A stretch of 64,000 nt of DNA from Eledone cirrhosa (Eukaryota). Shown piece after piece: positions 51,801 to 64,000 of the stretch (position 1 is the stretch's first letter; each line of letters starts with the position of its first letter). Made by a program: the position numbers and the translations under genes. The stretch lies in contig OZ024741.1 in assembly GCA_964016885.1 (NCBI GenBank), positions 48,298,001-48,362,000 on the forward strand, written 5' to 3'. The notes under the pieces were generated by a model. The model was not told where the DNA came from. It was given only the letters and a program-made list of their open reading frames with translations, and did no database searches.

Positions 51801-54800
51801 TCATGTAAACCCACACTGTATTGCTCTCTACCATCCTCAATCTTCATATAAACCCACACTGTATTGCCCTCTACCATTCTCAATCTTCATGTAAACCCAC
51901 ACTGGATTGCCCTCTACCATCCTCAATCTTCATGTAAACGCACACTGTATGCCCTCTACTATTCTCAATCTTCATGTAAACCCACACTGTATTGCCCTCT
52001 AACATCCTCAATCTTCATGTAAACCCACACTGTATTGCCCCTTACCATCCTCAATCTTCATATAAACCCACACTGTATTGCCCTCTACCATCCTCAATAT
52101 TCATATAAACCCACACTGTATTGCCCTCTACCATCCTCAATCTTCATATAAACCCAAACTGTATTGCCCTCTACCACCCTCAATCTTCATGTAAACCCAC
52201 ACTGGATTGCCCTCTACCATCCTCAATCTTCATGTAAACCCACACTGTATTGCCCTCTACCATCCTCAATCTTCATATAAAACCACACTGTGTTGCCCTC
52301 TACCACCCTCAATCTTCATGTAAACCCACACTGGATTGCCCTCTACCATCCTCAATCTTCATGTAAACGCACACTGTATGCCCTCTACTATTCTCAATCT
52401 TCATATAAACCCACACTGTATTGCCCTCTACCATCCTCAATCTTCATATAAACCCACACTGTATTGCCCTCTACCATCCTCAATCTTCATATAAACCCAC
52501 ACTGTATTGCCCTCTACCATCCTCAATCTTCATATAAACCCACACTGTATTGCCCTCTACCATCCTCAATCTTCATATAAACCCACACTGTATTGCCCTC
52601 TACCATCCTCAATCTTCATATAAACCCACACTGTATTGCCCTCTACCATCCTCAATCTTCATATAAACCCACACTTTATTGCCCTCTACCATTCTCAATA
52701 TTCGTATAAACCCACAGTGTATTGCCCTCTACCATTCTCAATCTTCATATAAACCCACACTGTATTGCCTCTACCATCCTCAATCTTCATATAAACCCAC
52801 ACTGTATTGCCCTCTACCATTCTCAATCTTCATGTAAACCGACACTGTATTGCCCTCTACCATTCTCAATCTTTATATAAACCCACAGTGTATTGCCCTC
52901 TACCATTCTCAATCTTCATATAAACCCACACTGTATTGCCTCTACCATCCTCAATCTTCATATAAACCCACACTGTATTGCCCTCTACCACCCTCAATCT
53001 TCATGTAAACCCACACTGGATTGCCCTCTACCATCCTCAATCTTCATGTAAACGCACACTGTATGCCCTCTACTATTCTCAATCTTCATATAAACCCACA
53101 CTGTATTGCCCTCTACCATTCTCAATCTTCATATAAACCCACACTTTATTGCCCTCTACTATTCTCAATCTTCATATAAACCCACACTGTATTGCCCTCT
53201 ACCATCCTCAATCTTCATATAAACCCACACTTTATTGCCCTCTACCGTCCTCAATCTTCATGTAAACCCACACCGTATTGCCCTCTACCATTCTCAATCT
53301 TCATGTAAACCCACACTGTATTGCCCTCTACCATCCTCAATCTTCATATAAACCCACACTGTATTGCCCTCTACCATTCTTAATCTTCATGTAAACCGAC
53401 ACTGTATTGCCCTCTACCATTCTCAATCTTCATATAAACCCACAGTGTATTGCCCTCTACCATTCTCAATCTTCATATAAACCCACACTGTATTGCCTCT
53501 ACCATCCTCAATCTTCATATAAACCCACACTGTATTGCCCTCTACCACCCTCAATCTTCATGTAAACCCACACTGGATTGCCCTCTACCATCCTCAATCT
53601 TCATGTAAACGCACACTGTATGCCCTCTACTATTCTCAATCTTCATATAAACCCACACTGTATTGCCCTCTACCATTCTCAATCTTCATATAAACCCACA
53701 CTTTATTGCCCTCTACTATTCTCAATCTTCATATAAACCCACACTGTATTGCCCTCTACCATCCTCAATCTTCATATAAACCCACACTTTATTGCCCTCT
53801 ACCGTCCTCAATCTTCATATAAACCCACACTGTATTGCCCTCTACCATTCTCAATCTTCATGTAAACCCACACTGTATTGCTCTCTACCATCCTCAATCT
53901 TCATATAAACCCACACTGTATTGCTCTCTACCATTCTCAATCTTCATGTAAACCCACACTGTATTGCTCTCTACCATCCTCAATCTTCATATAAACCCAC
54001 ACTGTATTGCCCTCTACCATGCTCAATCTTCATATAAACCCACTCTGTATTGCCCTCTACCATTCTCAATCTTCATATAAACCCACACTGTATTATCCTC
54101 TACCATCCTCAATCTTCACATAAACCCACACTGTATTGCCCTCTACCATGCTCAATCTTCATGTAAACCCACACTGTATTGCTCTCTACCATCCTCAATC
54201 TTCATATAAACCCACTCTGTATTGCCCTCTACCATTCTCAATCTTCATATAAACCCACACTGTATTGTCCTCTACCATTCTCAATCTTCATGTAAACCCA
54301 CAGTGTATTGCCCTCTACCATTCTCAATCTTCATGTAAACCCACACTGTATTGCCCTTTACCATTCTCAATCTTCATGTAAACCCACACTGTATTGCCCT
54401 CTACCATTCTCAATCTTCATGTAAAACCCATACTGTATTGCCCTCTACCATCCTCAATCTTCATGTAAACCCACAATGTATTGCCCTCTACCATCCTCAA
54501 TCTTCATATAAACCCACACTGTATTGCCCATCACCATGGTCAATCTTCATATAAACCAACACTGTATTGCCCTCTACCATCCTCAATCTTCATGTAAACC
54601 AATACTGTATTGCCCTCTACCATCCTCAATCTTCATGTAAACCCACATTGTATTGCCCTCTACCATCCTCAATCTTCATGTAAACCCACACTGTATTGCC
54701 CTCTACCATCCCCAATCTTCATATAAACCCACACTGTATTGCCCTCTACCATCCTCAATCTTCATGTAAACCCACACTCTATGGCCTCTACCATCCTCAA

Positions 54801-57800
54801 TCGTCATGTAAACCCACACTGTATTGCCCTCTACCATTCTCAATATTCATATAAACCCACACTGTATTGCCCTCTACCATCCTCAATCTTCATATAAAAC
54901 CACACTGTATGGCCTCTACCATCCTCAATCTTCATATAAACCCATACTATATTGCCCTCTAACATTCTCAATCTTCATATAAACCCACACTGTATTGCTC
55001 TCTACCATTCTCAATCTTCATGTAAACCCACACTGTATTGCCCTCTACCATGCTCAATCTTCATATAAACCCACACTGTATTGCCCTCTACCATCCTCAA
55101 TCTTCATGTAAACCCACACTGTATTGCCCTCCACCTTTCTCAATCTTCATATAAACCCACACTGTATTGCCCTCTACCATCCTCAATCTTCATGTAAACC
55201 CACACTGTATGCACTCTACCATTCTCAATCTTCATATAAACCCACACTGTATTGCCCTCTACCATCCTCAATCTTCATGTAAACCCACACTGTATTGCCC
55301 TCTACCATTCTCAATCTTCATATAAACCCACACTGTATTGCCCTCTACCATCCTCAATCTTCATGTAAACCCACACTGTATTGCCCTCTACCATTCTCAA
55401 TCTTCATATAAACCCACACTGTATTGCCCTCTACGTTTCTCAATCTTCATATAAACCCACACTGTATTGCCCTCTACCATCCTCAATCTTCATGTAAACC
55501 CACACTGTATTGCCCTCTACCATCCTCAATCTTCATGTAAACCCACACTGTATTGCCCTCTACCATCCTCAATCTTCATGTAAACCCACACTGTATTGCC
55601 CTCTACCATTCTCAATCTTCATGTAAACCCACGCTGTATTGCCCTCTACCACTCTCAATCTTCATGTAAACCCACACTGTATGGCCTCTACCATCCTCAA
55701 TCTTCATGTAAACCCACACTTTATTGCCCTCTACCATTCTCAATCTTCATGTAAACCCACACTGTATTGCCCTCTACCATCCTCAATCTTCATGTAAACC
55801 CACACTGTATTGCCCATCACCATGGTCAATCTTCATATAAACCAACACTGTATTGCCCTCTACCATCCTCAATCTTCATGTAAACCAATACTGTATTGCC
55901 CTCTACCATCCTCAATCTTCATGTAAACCCACATTGTATTGCCCTCTACCATCCTCAATCTTCATGTAAACCCACACTGTATTGCCCTCTACCATCCCCA
56001 ATCTTCATATAAACCCACACTGTATTGCCCTCTACCATCCTCAATCTTCATGTAAACCCACACTCTATGGCCTCTACCATCCTCAATCGTCATGTAAACC
56101 CACACTGTATTGCCCTCTACCATTCTCAATATTCATATAAACCCACACTGTATTGCCCTCTACCATCCTCAATCTTCATATAAAACCACACTGTATGGCC
56201 TCTACCATCCTCAATCTTCATATAAACCCATACTATATTGCCCTCTAACATTCTCAATCTTCATATAAACCCACACTGTATTGCTCTCTACCATTCTCAA
56301 TCTTCATGTAAACCCACACTGTATTGCCCTCTACCATGCTCAATCTTCATATAAACCCACACTGTATTGCCCTCTACCATCCTCAATCTTCATGTAAACC
56401 CACACTGTATTGCCCTCCACCTTTCTCAATCTTCATATAAACCCACACTGTATTGCCCTCTACCATCCTCAATCTTCATGTAAACCCACACTGTATGCAC
56501 TCTACCATTCTCAATCTTCATATAAACCCACACTGTATTGCCCTCTACCATCCTCAATCTTCATGTAAACCCACACTGTATTGCCCTCTACCATTCTCAA
56601 TCTTCATATAAACCCACACTGTATTGCCCTCTACCATCCTCAATCTTCATGTAAACCCACACTGTATTGCCCTCTACCATTCTCAATCTTCATATAAACC
56701 CACACTGTATTGCCCTCTACGTTTCTCAATCTTCATATAAACCCACACTGTATTGCCCTCTACCATCCTCAATCTTCATGTAAACCCACACTGTATTGCC
56801 CTCTACCATCCTCAATCTTCATGTAAACCCACACTGTATTGCCCTCTACCATCCTCAATCTTCATGTAAACCCACACTGTATTGCCCTCTACCATTCTCA
56901 ATCTTCATGTAAACCCACGCTGTATTGCCCTCTACCACTCTCAATCTTCATGTAAACCCACACTGTATGGCCTCTACCATCCTCAATCTTCATGTAAACC
57001 CACACTGTATTGCCCTCTACCATTCTCAATATTCATATAAACCCACACTGTATTGTCCTCTACCATCCTCAATCTTCATATAAAACCACACTGTATTGCC
57101 CTCTACCACCCTCAATCTTCATGTAAACCCACACTGGATTGCCCTCTACCATCCTCAATCTTCATGTAAACGCACACTGTATGCCCTCTACCATCCTCAT
57201 TCTTCATATAAACCCACACTGTATTGCCCTCTACCATCCTCAATCTTCATATAAACCCACACTGTATTGCCCTCTACCATCCTCAATCTTCATATAAACC
57301 CACACTGTATTGCCCTCTACCATCCTCAATCTTCATATAAACCCACACTTTATTGCCCTCTACCATTCTCAATCTTCATATAAACCCACAGTGTATTGCC
57401 CTCTACTATTCTCAATCTTCATATAAACCCACACTGTATTGCCTCTACCATCCTCAATCTTCATATAAAGCCACACTGTATTGCCCTCTACCATTCTCAA
57501 TCTTCATGTAAACCGACACTGTATTGCCCTCTACCATTCTCAATCTTCATATAAACCCACAGTGTATTGCCCTCTACCATTCTCAATCTTCATATAAACC
57601 CACACTGTATTGCCTCTACCATCCTCAATCTTCATATAAACCCAAACTGTATTGCCCTCTACCATTCTCAATTTTCATGTAAACCCACACTGTATTGCCC
57701 TCTACCATCCTCAATCTTCATATAAAACCACACTGTATTGCCCTCTACCACCCTCAATCTTCATGTAAACCCACACTGGATTGCCCTCTACCATCCTCAA

Positions 57801-60800
57801 TCTTCATGTAAACCCACACTGTATTGCCCTCTACCATCCTCAATCTTCATATAAACCCACACTGTATTGCCCTCTACCATTCTTAATCTTCATGTAAACC
57901 CACACTGTATTGCCCTCTAACATTCTCAATCTTCATATAAACCCACACTGTATTGCCCTCTACCATTCTCAATCTTCATATAAACCCACACTGTATTGCC
58001 CTCTACCATTCTCAATCTTCATATAAACCCACACTGTATTGCCCTCTACCACCCTCAATCTTCATGTAAACCCACACTGTATTGCCCTCTAACATTCTCA
58101 ATCTTCATATAAACCCACACTGTATTGCCCTCTACCATTCTCAATCTTCATATAAACCCACACTGTATTGCCCTCTACCATTCTCAATCTTCATGTAAAC
58201 CCACACTGTATTGCCCTCTACCACCCTCAATCTTCATGTAAACCCACACTGTATTGCCCTCTACCATTCTCAATCTTCATGTAAACCCACACTGTATTGC
58301 CCTCTACCATTCTCAATCTTCATGTAAACCCACACTGTATTGCCCTCTACCATCCTCAATCTTCATATAAACCCACACTGTATTGCCCTCTACCATCCTC
58401 AATCTTCATGTAAACCGACACTGTATTGCCCTCTACCATCCTCAATCTTCATATAAACCCACACTTTATTGCCCTCTACCATCCTCAATCTTCATATAAA
58501 CCCACACTGTATTGCCCTCTACCATTCTCAATCTTCATGTAAACCCACACTGTATTGCTCTCTACCATCCTCAATCTTCATATAAACCCACACTGTATTG
58601 CCCTCTACCATTCTCAATCTTCATGTAAACCCACACTGGATTGCCCTCTACCATCCTCAATCTTCATGTAAACGCACACTGTATGCCCTCTACTATTCTC
58701 AATCTTCATGTAAACCCACACTGTATTGCCCTCTAACATCCTCAATCTTCATGTAAACCCACACTGTATTGCCCCTTACCATCCTCAATCTTCATATAAA
58801 CCCACACTGTATTGCCCTCTACCATCCTCAATATTCATATAAACCCACACTGTATTGCCCTCTACCATCCTCAATCTTCATATAAACCCAAACTGTATTG
58901 CCCTCTACCACCCTCAATCTTCATGTAAACCCACACTGGATTGCCCTCTACCATCCTCAATCTTCATGTAAACCCACACTGTATTGCCCTCTACCATCCT
59001 CAATCTTCATATAAAACCACACTGTGTTGCCCTCTACCACCCTCAATCTTCATGTAAACCCACACTGGATTGCCCTCTACCATCCTCAATCTTCATGTAA
59101 ACGCACACTGTATGCCCTCTACTATTCTCAATCTTCATATAAACCCACACTGTATTGCCCTCTACCATCCTCAATCTTCATATAAACCCACACTGTATTG
59201 CCCTCTACCATCCTCAATCTTCATATAAACCCACACTGTATTGCCCTCTACCATCCTCAATCTTCATATAAACCCACACTGTATTGCCCTCTACCATCCT
59301 CAATCTTCATATAAACCCACACTGTATTGCCCTCTACCATCCTCAATCTTCATATAAACCCACACTGTATTGCCCTCTACCATCCTCAATCTTCATATAA
59401 ACCCACACTTTATTGCCCTCTACCATTCTCAATATTCATATAAACCCACAGTGTATTGCCCTCTACCATTCTCAATCTTCATATAAACCCACACTGTATT
59501 GCCTCTACCATCCTCAATCTTCATATAAACCCACACTGTATTGCCCTCTACCATTCTCAATCTTCATGTAAACCGACACTGTATTGCCCTCTACCATTCT
59601 CAATCTTTATATAAACCCACAGTGTATTGCCCTCTACCATTCTCAATCTTCATATAAACCCACACTGTATTGCCTCTACCATCCTCAATCTTCATATAAA
59701 CCCACACTGTATTGCCCTCTACCACCCTCAATCTTCATGTAAACCCACACTGGATTGCCCTCTACCATCCTCAATCTTCATGTAAACGCACACTGTATGC
59801 CCTCTACTATTCTCAATCTTCATATAAACCCACACTGTATTGCCCTCTACCATTCTCAATCTTCATATAAACCCACACTTTATTGCCCTCTACTATTCTC
59901 AATCTTCATATAAACCCACACTGTATTGCCCTCTACCATCCTCAATCTTCATATAAACCCACACTTTATTGCCCTCTACCGTCCTCAATCTTCATGTAAA
60001 CCCACACCGTATTGCCCTCTACCATTCTCAATCTTCATGTAAACCCACACTGTATTGCCCTCTACCATCCTCAATCTTCATATAAACCCACACTGTATTG
60101 CCCTCTACCATTCTTAATCTTCATGTAAACCGACACTGTATTGCCCTCTACCATTCTCAATCTTCATATAAACCCACAGTGTATTGCCCTCTACCATTCT
60201 CAATCTTCATATAAACCCACACTGTATTGCCTCTACCATCCTCAATCTTCATATAAACCCACACTGTATTGCCCTCTACCACCCTCAATCTTCATGTAAA
60301 CCCACACTGGATTGCCCTCTACCATCCTCAATCTTCATGTAAACGCACACTGTATGCCCTCTACTATTCTCAATCTTCATATAAACCCACACTGTATTGC
60401 CCTCTACCATTCTCAATCTTCATATAAACCCACACTTTATTGCCCTCTACTATTCTCAATCTTCATATAAACCCACACTGTATTGCCCTCTACCATCCTC
60501 AATCTTCATATAAACCCACACTTTATTGCCCTCTACCGTCCTCAATCTTCATATAAACCCACACTGTATTGCCCTCTACCATTCTCAATCTTCATGTAAA
60601 CCCACACTGTATTGCTCTCTACCATCCTCAATCTTCATATAAACCCACACTGTATTGCCCTCTACCATTCTCAATCTTCATGTAAACCCACACTGTATTG
60701 CTCTCTACCATCCTCAATCTTCATATAAACCCACACTGTATTGCTCTCTACCATTCTCAATCTTCATGTAAACCAACACTGTATTGCTCTCTACCATCCT

Positions 60801-63800
60801 CAATCTTCATATAAACCCACACTGTATTGCCCTCTACCATGCTCAATCTTCATATAAACCCACTCTGTATTGCCCTCTACCATTCTCAATCTTCATATAA
60901 ACCCACACTGTATTATCCTCTACCATCCTCAATCTTCACATAAACCCACACTGTATTGCCCTCTACCATGCTCAATCTTCATGTAAACCCACACTGTATT
61001 GCTCTCTACCATCCTCAATCTTCATATAAACCCACTCTGTATTGCCCTCTACCATTCTCAATCTTCATATAAACCCACACTGTATTGTCCTCTACCATTC
61101 TCAATCTTCATGTAAACCCACAGTGTATTGCCCTCTACCATTCTCAATCTTCATGTAAACCCACACTGTATTGCCCTTTACCATTCTCAATCTTCATGTA
61201 AACCCACACTGTATTGCCCTCTACCATCCTCAATCTTCATGTAAAACCCATACTGTATTGCCCTCTACCATCCTCAATCTTCATGTAAACCCACAATGTA
61301 TTGCCCTCTACCATCCTCAATCTTCATATAAACCCACACTGTATTGCCCATCACCATGGTCAATCTTCATATAAACCAACACTGTATTGCCCTCTACCAT
61401 CCTCAATCTTCATGTAAACCAATACTGTATTGCCCTCTACCATCCTCAATCTTCATGTAAACCCACATTGTATTGCCCTCTACCATCCTCAATCTTCATG
61501 TAAACCCACACTGTATTGCCCTCTACCATCCCCAATCTTCATATAAACCCACACTGTATTGCCCTCTACCATCCTCAATCTTCATGTAAACCCACACTCT
61601 ATGGCCTCTACCATCCTCAATCGTCATGTAAACCCACACTGTATTGCCCTCTACCATTCTCAATATTCATATAAACCCACACTGTATTGCCCTCTACCAT
61701 CCTCAATCTTCATATAAAACCACACTGTATGGCCTCTACCATCCTCAATCTTCATATAAACCCATACTATATTGCCCTCTAACATTCTCAATCTTCATAT
61801 AAACCCACACTGTATTGCTCTCTACCATTCTCAATCTTCATGTAAACCCACACTGTATTGCCCTCTACCATGCTCAATCTTCATATAAACCCACACTGTA
61901 TTGCCCTCTACCATCCTCAATCTTCATGTAAACCCACACTGTATTGCCCTCCACCTTTCTCAATCTTCATATAAACCCACACTGTATTGCCCTCTACCAT
62001 CCTCAATCTTCATGTAAACCCACACTGTATGCACTCTACCATTCTCAATCTTCATATAAACCCACACTGTATTGCCCTCTACCATCCTCAATCTTCATGT
62101 AAACCCACACTGTATTGCCCTCTACCATTCTCAATCTTCATATAAACCCACACTGTATTGCCCTCTACCATCCTCAATCTTCATGTAAACCCACACTGTA
62201 TTGCCCTCTACCATTCTCAATCTTCATATAAACCCACACTGTATTGCCCTCTACGTTTCTCAATCTTCATATAAACCCACACTGTATTGCCCTCTACCAT
62301 CCTCAATCTTCATGTAAACCCACACTGTATTGCCCTCTACCATCCTCAATCTTCATGTAAACCCACACTGTATTGCCCTCTACCATCCTCAATCTTCATG
62401 TAAACCCACACTGTATTGCCCTCTACCATTCTCAATCTTCATGTAAACCCACGCTGTATTGCCCTCTACCATTCTCAATCTTCATATAAACCCACACTGT
62501 ATTGCCCTCTACCATCCTCAATCTTCATGTAAACCCACACTGTATTGCCCTCTACCATTCTCAATCTTCATATAAACCCACACTGTATTGCCCTCTACGT
62601 TTCTCAATCTTCATATAAACCCACACTGTATTGCCCTCTACCATCCTCAATCTTCATGTAAACCCACACTGTATTGCCCTCTACCATCCTCAATCTTCAT
62701 GTAAACCCACACTGTATTGCCCTCTACCATCCTCAATCTTCATGTAAACCCACACTGTATTGCCCTCTACCATTCTCAATCTTCATGTAAACCCACGCTG
62801 TATTGCCCTCTACCACTCTCAATCTTCATGTAAACCCACACTGTATGGCCTCTACCATCCTCAATCTTCATGTAAACCCACACTTTATTGCCCTCTACCA
62901 TTCTCAATCTTCATATAAACCCACAGTGTATTGCCCTCTACTATTCTCAATCTTCATATAAACCCACACTGTATTGCCTCTACCATCCTCAATCTTCATA
63001 TAAACCCACACTGTATTGCCCTCTACCATTCTCAATCTTCATGTAAACCGACACTGTATTGCCCTCTACCATTCTCAATCTTCATATAAACCCACAGTGT
63101 ATTGCCCTCTACCATTCTCAATCTTCATATAAACCCACACTGTATTGCCTCTACCATCCTCAATCTTCATATAAACCCAAACTGTATTGCCCTCTACCAT
63201 TCTCAATTTTCATGTAAACCCACGCTGTATTGCCCTCTACCATCCTCAATCTTCATATAAAACCACACTGTATTGCCCTCTACCACCCTCAATCTTCATG
63301 TAAACCCACACTGGATTGCCCTCTACCATCCTCAATCTTCATGTAAACCCACACTGTATTGCCCTCTACCATCCTCAATCTTCATATAAACCCACACTGT
63401 ATTGCCCTCTACCATTCTTAATCTTCATGTAAACCCACACTGTATTGCCCTCTAACATTCTCAATCTTCATATAAACCCACACTGTATTGCCCTCTACCA
63501 TTCTCAATCTTCATATAAACCCACACTGTATTGCCCTCTACCATTCTCAATCTTCATATAAACCCACACTGTATTGCCCTCTACCACCCTCAATCTTCAT
63601 GTAAACCCACACTGTATTGCCCTCTAACATTCTCAATCTTCATATAAACCCACACTGTATTGCCCTCTACCATTCTCAATCTTCATATAAACCCACACTG
63701 TATTGCCCTCTACCATTCTCAATCTTCATGTAAACCCACACTGTATTGCCCTCTACCACCCTCAATCTTCATGTAAACCCACACTGTATTGCCCTCTACC

Positions 63801-64000
63801 ATTCTCAATCTTCATGTAAACCCACACTGTATTGCCCTCTACCATTCTCAATCTTCATGTAAACCCACACTGTATTGCCCTCTACCATCCTCAATCTTCA
63901 TATAAACCCACACTGTATTGCCCTCTACCATCCTCAATCTTCATGTAAACCGACACTGTATTGCTCTCTACCATGCTCAATCTTCATGTAAACCGACACT
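15824..64000 (+). repeat. 43-bp tandem satellite array (about 1,120 monomers, continues beyond the window); consensus AATCTTCATRTAAACCCACACTGTATTGCCCTCTACCATYCTC
   Basis: Head-to-tail 43-nt period (e.g. GTAAAC at 15961 and 16004), single orientation, occasional 42/44/36-bp variants, no foreign insertion seen. Confidence 0.99.

Noticed and set aside
15647-61374. Repetitive ORFs (PSTILNLHVNPHCIALYH...) as His/Cys-rich proteins
   Set aside because: The 43-bp unit is not a multiple of 3 and has TAA in one frame. ORFs arise only where indel variants skip the stop, and they recur with the HORs.
15824-64000. CRISPR-like array
   Set aside because: Monomers are directly head-to-tail with no unique spacers, there are no cas genes, and the context is eukaryotic.

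Overview
Eukaryotic (animal) genomic DNA, AT-rich and dense in repeats. The SINE/MITE families resemble those of octopod cephalopods (recognised from memory, not database-checked). Bases 1-15,823 are an intron-like or intergenic mosaic containing: a 5'-truncated Penelope-like retroelement (GIY-YIG ORF, inverted terminal copy, complete type I hammerhead-ribozyme fold in its 3' end) nested in a piggyBac-type MITE that is itself nested in another repeat; tRNA/CORE-type SINEs; three Tc2/pogo-like MITEs; a CR1-type LINE tail; decayed R4/Dong-type RLE retrotransposon sequence; one candidate host exon; micro- and minisatellites; and two SINE-derived fold-back hairpins. Bases 15,824-64,000 (running off the window) are one uninterrupted 43-bp tandem satellite of about 1,120 monomers with two dimorphic positions and evolving 0.9-6.8 kb higher-order repeats. 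There is no CRISPR array or prokaryotic gene, and nearly all ORFs in the track are artefacts of repeats.
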